Below are positions 14,430 to 28,700 of a stretch of 64,000 nt of DNA, piece after piece (the first letter of the stretch is position 1; each line of letters begins with the position of its first letter). The position numbers and the translations under genes were made by a program. A model generated the notes under the pieces. The model made no database searches. It was not told where the DNA came from and saw only the letters and a program-made list of their open reading frames with translations. Location of the stretch: contig CM022671.1 in NCBI GenBank assembly GCA_012295275.1, positions 21,638,001 through 21,702,000 of the forward strand, read 5' to 3'. This DNA comes from Chrysomallon squamiferum. Lineage: Eukaryota; Animalia; Mollusca.

Positions 14430-16305
14430 CAAACACTCAACAAAAATATACTAAATGTTTTAGCAGTGTGTGTGGCAGAGTCAATCACTTCAGCATTTGT
14501 CTTTAAAAGCTGGTTACTTAGCACAGTCTGGGAATTTTTTTTCAAAGAGTACATTTCACCTGAGCCTGTCAGAAGCATTGTACGAAACTGTCACCTAACA
14601 CTGAGATCAGCAGACATTTACTTCACATAACTGATGAACACTGGGCAGACTTGATGTTAATTCTCTGACTTCAAATATGCAGCAAAATGAAGAGTTCTTT
14701 GGATGAAGTAACCCTTCAGGGGCGAAAAGAATTTGCTATAAAAGCCAAATTCTAAAATGTTCATTACAAGATGTTACATTCTTCCTGAAGTTAGGTGAAA
14801 GAATGTTTCAAGTCAGACATTAATGGAAGGGTTTTAAATCACTAAAAGAGATTTTCATTTTTTTTTTTATTATTCATTTGTGTAACAGATTTAGACTTCT
14901 GAGGATATATATATATATATAAATTAAAATTTAAAAAAATATAAAAGAAAATAAAGAAGATGAAAATCTGTAAATTAAAGTGATTTTTATAGTACATATG
15001 AATTAATGAATGAATATATAAACACATACACACACACACACACATAATAAATTGCATCATGTTTACCAACACCTCGTACATTCCACGAATTACTATATAT
15101 TTACCAGTAACTCACACACTCCGTAAATTACAACATATTTTTAACCATACATTTTATTTTAAATTACAATACATTCATCAGTATCAATCCGAAACAATTT
15201 CTGATAACAATAACTTTGTCTAGCAGATTTTATCCTAAATTTGTAACCGGTGCAGTGTGTGTGATGTTCTGTTGCGTTCCTGTTTCATTGTTTGCTACGT
15301 GAGATTTTGTGAATGCTGAAAAATGTTGAAACCCAGTGATGAATGCAAACAAAACATTTTAATGATTTTCACAGAATGTTTTGACTGCTTGAACTCCATA
15401 TGCAAGAACTGCTGCAAATTTACCTTGACACTTTGTAGAGGAAAAGCACATTTGTTTGCGTGAAGTTGTTGGTCTCATAAAAATTGTTATTTAAAAAGAA
15501 AAAAGCAATTTCAGATAGAGAATAAAATTTTGAGTACAGTAGGTTTTTAGTATATGAAATTCAGATGTGTACATAAGAATTAAAATAAAGTTGTATTTTA
15601 TTTCGTGTGTACAATTGTGTTTGTGTTTTTTGTTATTATTAAGATGTTTCAATATTTAAAGTGTTGGCATAAATTGACATCATGTGTTATAATTTAAAAC
15701 AGTTTTATGAAATAGTTAAGTTAAATACTGAAAGATTTTTACATTAATAATAATTAGCTGTAAATATGTTTTCCACATTTTTTGTGATGATATTTGATTG
15801 AGTTAAAATAATAATAATAATAATAGTAATAATAATAATAATAATTTAATAATAATAATAAATAAATAAATAATAATAAATAAAAACAACATAATAAATA
15901 TAAATAATTATTAAATAAATATTGACTAATACTGAATGCAAATATTATTTTTAAAAATAATTTAGAAAATAAACAGCAACGAAAGAAATTTTTATATTTC
16001 GTGTAGGAAATTCTTCAAACTGAATGACTAAACCACAAAATAATAACTCACAAAAACAGTGAGAGACATGGCATAGGGCCAGTTTTCTTTACATAAGTAT
16101 GGCTGTCATTCTAGCATTTTCTAGTAGAGATTCCAAGATGCAGCAGGCATGTGCTTGGAAGAGGTTCAAATGTAACACCAAACACATTCCTGTTCAGTCA
16201 TGTTGACAGTCGGTGGGCAAAGTACACAAAGTTCATCAGCTGATACCAGCAGAGCAGCACATACCACAGTGGTAGTATTTTTTTTTAAATTAGATTTTAT
16301 AGAGA

Positions 16306-16344
<39 letters not shown>

Positions 16345-17104
16345 TACTACTACTACTACTACTACTACTGCTACTGCTACTACTACTATCATTATTATTA
16401 ATTTTAGAAAGAAAGTAAACACAAAATACTGACTGAAATTTAAACAGACATACAACACCATTTCATAGATACATTTACACATACTCATACAAAGTTTTTT
16501 TTTATAGGGATGTGACAACTACATTACAAATGGATAGGCTAGTTATAAATTAAAACAAATTAAAAAACTGTTTCTGGTAGTACCAAATCTTTTTAGTATC
16601 AGAAATTATTTAAAAAAAAAAAAAAAAAAAAAAGACCCCAAAAATTTATTATCTCATAAACCTAAAAAAAAAAAAAAATGAAAATTTTAAAAAAATAAAT
16701 AAATAAAATTTAAAAAAATGTAAACAAATAAAATAAAAAAAAAAAAAAAAAAAAATAAATAAACTTAGAAGTCGAAAATTCAAATTCAAGGAAGAAATAG
16801 GAAATGTGAAAGGACCTATTTGTCAATCTTTAACATTTTATTGACTTGTCGATTTCTCGGTGTGCATCTATGGGCACATTAATGATGTCTACGCACATGT
16901 GCACTCGATGCTTGCAATTGTCATGCTTCTAGGATTTTGGCCTCACTTGTTGCCTTTAAGTGATTAATTGATAAAGATTTTCTGTCAAACATCAACCTGT
17001 TATGTCATCATGGTTTTGCTGCAAGCATCGATTATATCACCTTCATATTCAGACAGCGTGCATCTTTGATTCGTTTATCTGTCCAAAAATTTGTCTCAGA
17101 GTGT

Positions 17105-17590
17105 TTTGTGACCATGGTAGACTCATTTGAACTCATAAAAAGGTTAAAGTGAAATGTGAAAAGTTTTTGGTGTAATTGAGGAGTTTTGTAAAATGTTTGT
17201 AACCACTTGTTAAAGGTTATGTCTGAGAGGTAAACAGTTTTTGATACAGTTTAGAAATTTATGAAAAAAAAATGCCTGTAGCCATTTAGAAAAAGTTATT
17301 TCCAGATGCAAAAAATTTAGTTTTGTTTGAGACATTTTTAGTTGAAAGTTTGAAACTACTTACAAAAGGTTACATGAAGATGTAAACAGTTTTTGATACA
17401 TTAGAGAAGTATTTGCAAAATGTTTGTAGCCACTTACAAAAGTTTACAAATGGTTCATAATGATACAACAGGTTTTGGTTAGTTTAGGAAGTTTTAGGGA
17501 AAAGTTTGTAAGCACTCATAAAAGCTATATCAAGATGTAAAATATTTTGATGTGCTTTTGCATTTTTGGTAAAATGTTTGCATTGAAGAT
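17105..17590. repeat. Degenerate tandem repeat, ~70-80 bp unit
   Basis: Recurring AAAATGTTTGTAGCCACTT..AAAAGGTTA..AGATGTAAACAGTTTTTGATACA. Confidence 0.7.
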
Positions 17591-18734
17591 ATATTTAGAT
17601 ATGTATTTATGCTGGATTAAGTGTATATATGTGTGTATGTATGTATGTATGTCTATAGGTATATAAGTAGGACAGTAGGTTCATAGGGATATATGTGTCT
17701 ATACATACACAGATTCAAAGAAAAGAAATGGATCATTATGAATTATATGTCTAGAGAAAAACATGATACAGAACAAAACAGTTCAAAACAGCCATCACTA
17801 AACAACTTTTTGCCCTTTCTGTATCATATTTAGAATGATAACAGTAGAGAAAAGTTTACTGAAAGATTAATGCTGCATACATTTTTGTTTGTTTGAAGTA
17901 CCATTCTTTTACATGCAACAGTTCAGTACAAAATGTTAAGCAGTAAGAAAACAATTTAAACTTTTAAACATTCCATCTCAGATTTTCCTCCATATACTGA
18001 TCTTTATCATTTCATTATTTTAAACAGCAAACAATTTTTCAAGATTAATAGCATTACACGTCTCTAACCATATGCACATGGGTATATCTGTCTCTCTGTC
18101 TGTATTTCTGTATATGTGTGTGTTATTTTAGGTGTTTTAATAATATGATACAGTCAAAAAAAGTTGATGTGGCACAACAGCAACCTCATTATCAGCTTTT
18201 TCATTGCTCTAGATTTATTTCTTGAATGATGTGGGTTAAATAAAAGTAAACTATTAAAGCTTGGGTGAAAATGCACACATGATGTGGATTGACACAAACC
18301 TGCCATTCATGGGAGAGGAGTAACTTAATAACTGACACAAAGTCTGTTTACATTCATAACAACGTTTTAATTCTCTACTTTAGTTCGGCTACTTTCTGTT
18401 TGATGTGGCAAAATAAAGTTCTTTTTCTCCCACTCATTTCATTTTTTATTGTTTTGTTTTATTTTATTTTATTTTATTTTATTTTATTTTATTTTATTTT
18501 ATTTTATTTTATTATTTTTTTTTTAATTATTATTTGTAGGGAAGTTGGTTGGGCTTTTTTTTCCCTTTTTTTTCTTATTTATTTATTTTTTTATTTATTT
18601 AACCACATCATCTAAGAATGAGATTATTAATTTTTTTATTTATTTAATATAATTTTTCTTTTAATGCTAAACACACATAGATAATAAAAATGATATTCAT
18701 ACATACCTTTTCCCTCACCTTATTTATTTAATTT

Positions 18735-18782
<48 letters not shown>

Positions 18783-19404
18783 CAGTAGACATGTGATCAA
18801 CACACCTGAGCATGAATTTATGCTTAATGTTGTAATTTATTTAAGGTAATTACCTCTGTAACGTCAAGTTCTCTTACACATTAGATTCCCACAGAAACCA
18901 TTTTTCTCACCTGGTCGTTTACAGACAGTAACCTCTTGCACCTGTACAGCTGATGTGTGCTTCCTCTTCTCTTTGTTCTTCTTCCTCAGTGAAAGTTTAT
19001 ATCACACATCCTGACTGTACACAATGTTTACGCAGGCCACCAAATTGTTTGTTGGCACCATTCGTATTGCTTTTAAATACCACCAAGGAATTTGTATAAT
19101 TTTTTTTATTTTTTTTATTTTCTCTTTTTTCTTTTTTTTTTTAATGTATTTTTTTTTTTTTTCTTTTATGTAGTTTTTTCATTTTTTTTTTTTTAATTTT
19201 ATTTGTGGCTTTTTATTTTTATTTTTTTTTTTTATTTTTTTTCTTTTTTGTGTTGTTGTTTTCTTTGTTTTTTTTTTTTTTTTGTTGTTAAAAGAAAATC
19301 TGGTATCTGATAGCAAATAAATCATTTAAACTCAAAGAATAAGAATGTTTAATGCAGAAGTATTTCTGATTTTGTTTGATATAATTATATAATTCCTGTT
19401 TCAG

Positions 19405-19645
19405 ACTGACTGAATGAATAAATGAATGGATGATTGAGTAAATGAATGGATGATTGAGTAAATGAATAGATGAATGAATAAATGAAAGGATGTTTAGTTA
19501 CAAACACCTGGGTTTTATATATTTTGTATCAAGAATTTTACAATAAAAGAAAGGAAATGTCACTGCCACCTTCATTAAGCACCTTCTCATTAACTGGGAA
19601 AGCAAGATCAATGGTCTTTCATATGTCAAACTTAGAGCACCAGTA
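19405..19645 (-). mobile_element. Possible 3' end of the same SINE family in reverse orientation
   Basis: (GAAT)n-type tail followed by ATGTTTA..., AGGAAATGTCACTGCCACC and AGCAAG..GGTCTTTCATATG, resembling the reverse complement of that SINE. Recall-based only. Confidence 0.3.
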
Positions 19646-20730
19646 AGAACAGGAAAATAAAATAAAGGAAATTAATGAAATAAAGATTTGTTTCAATTAC
19701 CTGTAGCTATTTGTTCATTTAATAAGCATGATGTAATCAATAAGCTACAGTTTGTTTCAAACTGTTTACAATTCTAGAATTTAAATGTAAGCTTTAATCA
19801 TGGGGTATTTCAGAGTCTTGTTGGTACTTTTTTTTTTTTTTTTTTTTTAAATCCAATTCAGCATTTAAATGCAAAGATACTGATTAAATTTAAGGATTTT
19901 AAAACAACATGTTCTTTTTTCTAAACTTTAACTATGATGTAGTGAGTTCACATCACAGATTTTTATTTCTAAATATATATGTTTTTTCTGGTAATAAAGA
20001 CAGTCATTTCAGTTGATCTGAGATAGTTAGGTCTTATAAAAAAATATCTTTTTTTTTTTTTTTTTTTTTTTGGTTGTATTTATATAATTTTGTGTGTGTG
20101 ATATATACATATATATTTTTTTTATATAATTCTTTTAATTTGTTTAATTTATTATATTTTATTTTATACATATATATATATATATTATTATTATTATTAT
20201 TACTTTTTTTTTCTTTTTTTTTTAAACATGGAAGCTAACACTAACAGATATTAATACCCTCTGTGTTATATAAGATGTTAAACAAAGATGTTCCTGTGTT
20301 GGTTATGTACTGACAGGATATCTCAATTGTATACTGGTCTGATTTGAAAATCATGTTACAAACTGAAAATATAAAACCATTTTATATTGTTTCCAGTTTT
20401 TCCTAAATATCCTGACATGTTTGTGTAAAAGGAGTTCAGATTGTTTTGTTGTAGTTGGAAGGTTTGAATGGACAATGGTGTTGGTAATTTTGTATTTTTA
20501 TTTTATTTTCAGCCTTGTATCAAAGGAATCATATATATATATATATTTTTTTTTTTTTCCCCATTAATTATCATAATATCTGACCAAGATAAGAAATGCA
20601 AATTAGTTTGAATAATTCTTCGTTTGTTTGTTTTTTCTCAACTGTGCATCAAAAACAAGCAGTAATTTACCAAAGGAATAAGGTTATTTCTTTCATTTAG
20701 TTTTCTTTTTTGATATTTTTCTGCTTTCAG

Positions 20731-22397
20731 ATTCTGCCCATCAATAGAATCAAAGGTCCTGCGTTTCAAAGGAAGAAAACATCAAGTGTGGTTAGAACCA
20801 GAAGGTATGTGCGCTGTACTGTAATGTGAACAAAATGTGAAATACTTGGTTCAGTTTGTAGTTTTATTAAAGACCACATAGACCTTCTCATACACTGGAA
20901 AACAAATAACAGTCATGGACACTGATTGGATTGGGAAAACAACAAAAAGGTTTTCTGAAAAGAACTGATCATATGACTTAATCAAATTCAACCTTTTGTT
21001 CTAACCACAAAGGTGAATTTTCTCCAAACCTACCCGAAAATGAATTGATCCAGCAGTCCTTTGTGTCTCAGATAAATGTCCTGCCATTGAGGTGTGGCTT
21101 GCTGACTTCAGTTAAGAAGATATTTTAAAGAATGTGTTAGAAATGATTATTATTACTAAATATTTTGCAATCAGTCCAAATACTGTGATCTACATTTTGT
21201 TTGAAGTTTTAATACTTCAGAAAAAGTGGAGCTTATGAAATTAAAAAGAGTGTCTAGACTCTTTGATTAACTGCAAGTTTTAAAATTGCTTGTTTTTACT
21301 GGTGTTGCTGTGATGATGTCATGACTTTGTACTTTCAACTTGGCAACCAGTCTGAACATCGATTTTAAATTAAATTAAAAATTTCACAGATTTTTTGTTT
21401 TGTTTTTTTAATATCAGTTATGTTAACTATTTTTCTACATGTGTGTTTTTTTTCTTTTTTTCCAGGATTAAGAAGCCATGTTGTTTATCCAAATGGAATC
21501 TCCTGTACTTTACCAGAAGAACATCAAGTCAGACTTGTGAGAAGTATACCAGGACTGGAACATGCTGATCTTGTTCGTCCAGGTGTGTGTGTGTGTGTGT
21601 GTGTGTGGGTGTCTTTTAAGTTTCATGTATGTATGTTTCATTATATGTGTATGCATTGCTTTTGCATGTCCATTTGTAATCTAAGCATGTGTCTTGTGTG
21701 GTTTGTTCACAAGTATATGATGATAATAAATATTAACAAGTAGTATATTTAATATTTATTTTATAGAATCAGTTGAAATACATTTTTGACTATAACAACA
21801 GCAACATAGATTATTATATTCACAGTTATTGTTATTATTGGTTATTATTAATTATTATTTGTTTTAACTTTATCATCATCATGGTCACCGTTATCATCAT
21901 CATCATCATCATTTTATTATTGTTACACTTATTATTATACAAAACTTAAAACCTACCACAAGTACTACATTATTGTTGATGTTGTTGTTGTTGTTGTTGT
22001 TGTTGTTATTATAAAAGCATCTTATAAACAAAAATGCCTTCAGTTTCTTCTTGCTTGAGGCTGAAAACATATTTTAGTTGTAATAGTTTCCTAGCAGCTA
22101 ACATCTACAGACAGACAGATGAAGTAAGTTGAGTTTAGCAAACAAAAGACAAGTGATGATAACATAAAGATTTTTACAGCTGCTTGTGAGGCCCAGGTAC
22201 AAAGAAATCTGTACATTCTGGCCAAGAACCAGAAAGTAAAATAGAATAATCTTAAAAGCTGTCATCTAATTGACATTTATTAAAACCACAAATGTGTTTT
22301 ATTTAGTTATTTTAGTTGTTTTGTGGTTTTTTTTGTTTTATTGTTTTTCATGATGGAAATTTAATATACTTTTATTTATTTATTTATTTAATTATTT

Positions 22398-22441
<44 letters not shown>

Positions 22442-22641
22442 TGATTATGTTTTTGCTTTTGTTTTGTTTATTTGTTTGTTTATTTGTTTATTTATTTATT
22501 TATTCATTTATTTATTTAAAAATAGTTGTAGTAATTTTTTTTTAAAAATAATATATATATATGCCTCGGAAATTAATAATGTTTATGAAAGCATTTTTCA
22601 AATAATTTTATTTAATTTTTGTGCTTGATATTTAATTTAAA

Positions 22642-22677
<36 letters not shown>

Positions 22678-24296
22678 TTTACCAAACCTTTTATCAAAAC
22701 ATTTGTTTTAATTTCTTTTAATTTATATATATATATTTTTGTATGATTTTAAAAGTGAAGAAAAAAGAAAATAATTATTGAGATTTAAAAGTAAATGAAG
22801 AGTTTTTCAACCCTAATTTCTTGAGAATAACATTGTACTGATCATGCAAAAAGCCTCATTAGACTGAGTCACCAGAAGACAATCATTTGAATTACAACTT
22901 GTTCTTTTATTATATATATATATATATATATGTGCAAGTGTAATTCAAGTCTTTGTATTTATTTTCAGTTTAAAAAAAAATTATTAATAATAATGCCATC
23001 TTTAATAAATAGAAAATTTAACTTTATCCTCAATTTAACGAAAAAAAAAGAAGAAGAAGAATTTATGTTTTAACCAGATGTATTTTATATCATTAATATT
23101 TAAATATTTTAAATCATATGAAAACATTTTTATAAAATTAATAAAAGGAAAGAAATAAATAAAAAGATTATTGGAGATTTTTACTTGTTTTTTTATTATT
23201 TAAAAAATAATTTTGCAGGTTATGGGTTGAGTATGACTACATGGACCCCAGACAGTTGAAGACAAGTCTTGAAACACTCAGAATTCAAAATTTGTTCTTT
23301 GCTGGCCAGATTAATGGAACAACAGGATATGAAGAAGCTGCTGTCCAAGTAAATTAAAATACTTTTTTTTTTTAAATTTATTTAAGAAAAACTAAATTAT
23401 TATTATTATTTTTTTTTTTTTTTTTTTTAATGGTTGTACTTTTCTTTTTTTTTTTTTTTTTCTTTTTATTTTGTTATTGATCTTGTTTTATTATTTTTTT
23501 TTTTTTTTTTGTTCATTTTCTTTCCAGTTGAAGTGTCATAATTCAATTATTTTATCTGGTCTGAATTTAGCAAGTTATTTTGGGATGTTACAATCAGTTT
23601 TGATAAATTTGTGTAATGTATGTGGGTGTTTGTCTAAATTTTAAATTAAATAAATAAATTATAATAATCACAAAATAAATATTTCTTCATAACATCACCT
23701 ATTCTTTCTAACTACCGAAATTATCTTTCTGGGTTTTTTTAAATTATTTTTGTTGTTGTTGTTGTTGATGGTGGTGATGGGGTTGGTGGTGTTGGTTTCA
23801 GTTTTGGTTTTGTTTTACTTAATTTCCTTTTTCTTATTTCTTTCTTTATTCATCTGATGTGATATTCATACAACTAAAAGGGCTTTATTACCATGTTTCA
23901 TTTGCAAAATTCTTTTTCATCTTAAAACCAGACCAGACAGAAGGTCATATTTCTATGAAATTCATCCATATTCTATAAAAAAAAAAAAACATTTTTTTAT
24001 TTTTTTTTCCAGGGTGTAATTGCAGGCATTAATGCTGTCCTGAAGCAGAGGAATCAATCTCCATTCATACTGAACCGGACTGAGGCATATGTTGGTGTAT
24101 TGATTGATGATCTAACCACACAGGGAACCACAGAGCCTTACCGAATGTTTACAAGTCGAGCAGAGTTCCGTCTGTCGCTCAGACCTGATAATGCTGACAT
24201 CCGACTCACTGAAAAAGGCAAGAAAAAAAAATAATTACAGCATGTATAGAGAGAAAAAAAATACACACACACACCATGAAAACCAAACAAAAAAAC

Positions 24297-24328
<32 letters not shown>

Positions 24329-24390
24329 AAAAAAAAATTTTTTCGAAATTTTTAAATTCAAAGCAGAAATAAAATAATAAAACGTTATTA

Positions 24391-24422
<32 letters not shown>

Positions 24423-25714
24423 GTCCTCATTGCTATATTAGAGAATCCATTTTTAAAACTGTTGTTATGAGTTTTGGAAATTGAAGAAACAGAAATATCT
24501 CAAATTTGTTTTCTTTTCTGTTGTTTTTTTTTTTTCTCTCTCTCTCTACCTTTACCTATTTACCAGTTTTTTTCTTCCTTCCTTCTTTTTTTCCCCCTTT
24601 CTTTCATTTCTTTGTGTGTTGGCATGATCTATATATACAGTGGGTGATGTAAAATACAGACGCTTGGGTTAAATATGATATATATTTTTTTTTATTGTAC
24701 TTCCTACATTTTTCTTTTTTTCTTACATTCTTTACTGTTTCCTTGTTTTTTATTTTTATTTATTTATTTATTTACTTTTTATTATTTTTTTATTATTATT
24801 ATTATTTTATTATTATTATTATTCTTTAATAATTATTATTAATATATTTTTTTAAATTATTATTTTTACTTTTTTTTCTCTCTCTCAGTTTACAGATACA
24901 GTTTCCTACCAGTCTCACATTTTAACACATTGTTATGTATATTCCACTGCCAAACTGCATTCAGGCTCACACAATTTAAAACTCTTTATTAGTTAAATTA
25001 ACTCAATCAAAGTGATTCTGTTAGTTCGTGCATTCAGACTGGATCCATTTCTTTCTATGCTATCACTCAAAGCAGCCTATTTAAGCTGATTCAAATAACA
25101 TAGCCGAAAAACAACATTTCATTTCCGCTAAAAATTATAATTAGTTTAATTACTTTATAATTTATGTCTCAGTTTGTATACTTCATATTACATATATATT
25201 ACATAGTTAGGTTGTTTTAATATGATGTCATATTATATTGTTTTAATACATGACACATTTATTGCATTGTGTTTCAACAAAAGACACCACATAGCTTTGT
25301 TTTGTTTCAGTGTATGTCATCATATTGCATAAAATTAAATTGTTTCGTTATATTACATCACACTGCATTTAATTCAAAATATTACCTCATACAGCATAAT
25401 CTAATATTATGTTTCAGTATTACATCATATTACATGACATAATAATAAATTTAATTTGTTATATGTTCAGCTTATAATGTTGGCTGTGTGAGTGAAGAAA
25501 GATATCAGTTCACTGTTACCATGCGGAAGAATTTACAAGACGGCATTCAGTTATTGAAAAGTGTTAAAAAACCAGTCACAAGATGGAGGAGAGACTTAAA
25601 TCTTTTAGAGAAAAACAACAGTAATTTACAAAGGTTAATCCTGATTTATACCGAGTGGAAAATTAATATGTTATTTTATTTAAAATATAAAGGAATAATG
25701 TTATTGTTTTTTTT

Positions 25715-25759
<45 letters not shown>

Positions 25760-28700
25760 GTAATTATTATTTAATTTATTTTTATTTTATTTTATTTTAT
25801 TAGTAGTAAATAATATGTACTAAATAATATGTATTCGTAGTTATCAGGCTTTGCTAATAATAAAATATGAAATTAATAATTCATGAAGATAAACAGAAGC
25901 AGCAGGTTTTCCTTTTTAATTTTTATGTGATTTCATATACAGCAATATAATAATAATAATAATTATTATTATTATTATATATAGCATTATTATTATTATC
26001 ATGATCATCATTAAAAATGAAAATGTCAGCATCTACACATCCTTCCTTTATCCTTAAACTTTATTATTAACAAAGAATGGTGATAGTATCCAAAATATAA
26101 AAGTCTCTTGGAAGTCGACATTATGTATGTATATTACTAATTCATACTACCAAAGTAGCACTTTAATATCTTATTAATAAATATTTACTTACTGCAAGGA
26201 AATAAAAAAATAATTTTTAGTTTTCTTATCTGCAGTGCATTTGAACTTCTGTGCTACCCTGGGGTGACTGTCAAACTGCTCACAGAGAAATATCCAGAAC
26301 TCTTCAGACATTTTAAAAATGATGACCAGCTGATGACCAGGCTGGACATAGAAGGTAAGGTTACAGTCTTCAGTTAAATAAAACAACAAAGGAGACTAAG
26401 TTTTGAAAAATAATAATAAATAAATGCTAAGAAGAGGATTTTAAAAAGTAGAATAAAAGAAAAGAGTGAAATGAAATATCTTTAAAAAAAAAAATTAGAG
26501 ATTATGGAATATTTCTTTACTTTGTCTTAATAGTTAGCTGAGGGATTTTATTTTATTTTTTTTTTTTTTTTTTTGATTTTTTGTAACATTATAAAGATAT
26601 TAAATTTGTGACAAATTTTTATACAAAAAATCGTTTAGCGTTTCAAGTCTTTTTCAAAATACCTAATTCATGGCTTCAGTATGTCTTATTTAATTAGCAC
26701 TGCAAAGTAAAAATTATCATTGTTTCTGTTTCTGTTCATATCTCAAACTGTGTATTTCTGTGGAGAAAGAAAGAAGGGAGTGAGGGATGGGGAGACAGAG
26801 AGACAGAAAGAGAGAGATACATGGACAGTGTGAGACAGAGTGAAAGAAAAAACAGAGGTTTAATGAGAGAGATGGAAAAGAGGTAGGCAGACAGACACAC
26901 TGCTTACATTTTCAAATTTATCACAGTAGCACAGATGGCTTGACAAAAATAATCTGTTTTTGAAATTCTGATTAATTCGGAAATTATCATGAAGAGTGTT
27001 AACTGTCTTACATCAAGTACTGTATTGTGAGTGACCTGTGTATTTACAGCTAAGTATGCTGGTGAGTTAGAAGATCAGTTAGCAGAGATTAACGAAGTCA
27101 GGAAAGATGAATGTCTTCTTCTTCCAGATAACCTTGACTATTACAGGTACATACATCACATAATTTCCAGTTGAACCACTGTTTTTAATACACACTTAAA
27201 CTGTTAATTCTCTGTAGTTTTGAATTGTGTATTCATTATTATTTCCAGTAACCAGCTGATTTGTGTATATTCCTTTCCAACATGTAAAATAATATCCAGT
27301 AATTACATGAGTCAATTTCTACATAGTCTGGAATTTTGTCTCTCTCATTTTGCTAATGTATCATAATCTCCAGGACCAATATCTGTTATCTTCCCCAGTG
27401 GCTGTCAGAACCATTATTTTTAGTATCTGCTAAAACTATTATTTTCAATATACATTATTCATTGTTCATGTAATCAGTTATTTTACCCACTTGTACAGTC
27501 AAAATGTTAAAAATGTTAGTATAGTAGGAAAATATATCTGTAAATCTAGAAAAAAAAAAAACATTACAAAAATAAAAATATAAAATAAAATAAACACAAT
27601 AATAAATAAATAAATAAAAAAGTAAAAGTAAAAAAATAAAATAAACAAAATAATAAATAAATAAATAAATAAAAAGTTAAAAAAATAAAATAAAATAAAA
27701 AATAAATAAAAGTTATAATAACTGACTTGAATTATTATTTTTAATACTAACTAAATTATTTCTTTCAGTCTTAGTTTCAATCAGCAGTAGCTACAGGTGA
27801 CACATTATTCATAACAAAATAACAGCCTTTATTTTTCCATTGAATACGATTCCATCTTTGTAATGTTAAAAAACGCCAAAAAAAACAACAACCTTTGAAA
27901 GCAAATTAAATACGAAATTAAATATTTGGCAGTCTCTACATTTCTAGTTAATTTTAGTAAAAGCAAAATGATGATAATGACTATTCTTTATTTATTTAAT
28001 TTCAGTCTTAATATGTCAACAGATGCTAAGAACAAACTGGCTGAGGCTCGTCCTGCAACAGTAAGTATTTTGTTTTCTTATTAAAGTTCTTAAGTAGTTT
28101 AATAATAATCTGTCTCTTTATTTTTGTGACATGTTTGCATAGCTAGGAAATTTATTTTTATTATATATATTCTGAACATTAATTTTGTCAATTATTATCA
28201 ATAACAATTAAAGCTGAAGAGCTATAGTTTACAACAATAATTTTGTTAGAGTGACCTCCCTTTTCTGTTAGTCTTTTGTCCTTGTTAATGTATTTTTACT
28301 TAATATGTAAACAAAGAAAAAATATTATTCTGTAGGAAATTTTTTTTTTTTTTTTTAATTTTTGTCTCTATATTGTTGCAAAATAAAAAAAAATTATTGA
28401 GAAATTGATGTTAATAATAAAAATAATATTTTTTACGAGTTCTGAATAATAAATATTTTAAAAGGTAAATGTCTAAGTTTGCTTTGTCAAAGAAATTGTT
28501 TATATATTTGCTTTCACAATACAAGAATATTTTTAAAAAAATAATAAACTGGAGTTACTTCCCTTCAGCATTCAGACAGGAAAACACTTTTATTGTTTTA
28601 TTATATATTACATATTTATAACTGGTAAAAGTAGTGACACTAGTAGGGGTAGTAGTAATAGTAGCAGTGGTAGTGGTAGTGGTATAGTAATACTGGTGGT

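Noticed and set aside
16905-17031. Hairpin as a SECIS element for the TGA-containing exon
   Set aside because: The spacing of ATGA, the AA loop and GA does not fit a SECIS, and on the minus strand it lies 5' of the exon rather than in a 3'UTR.
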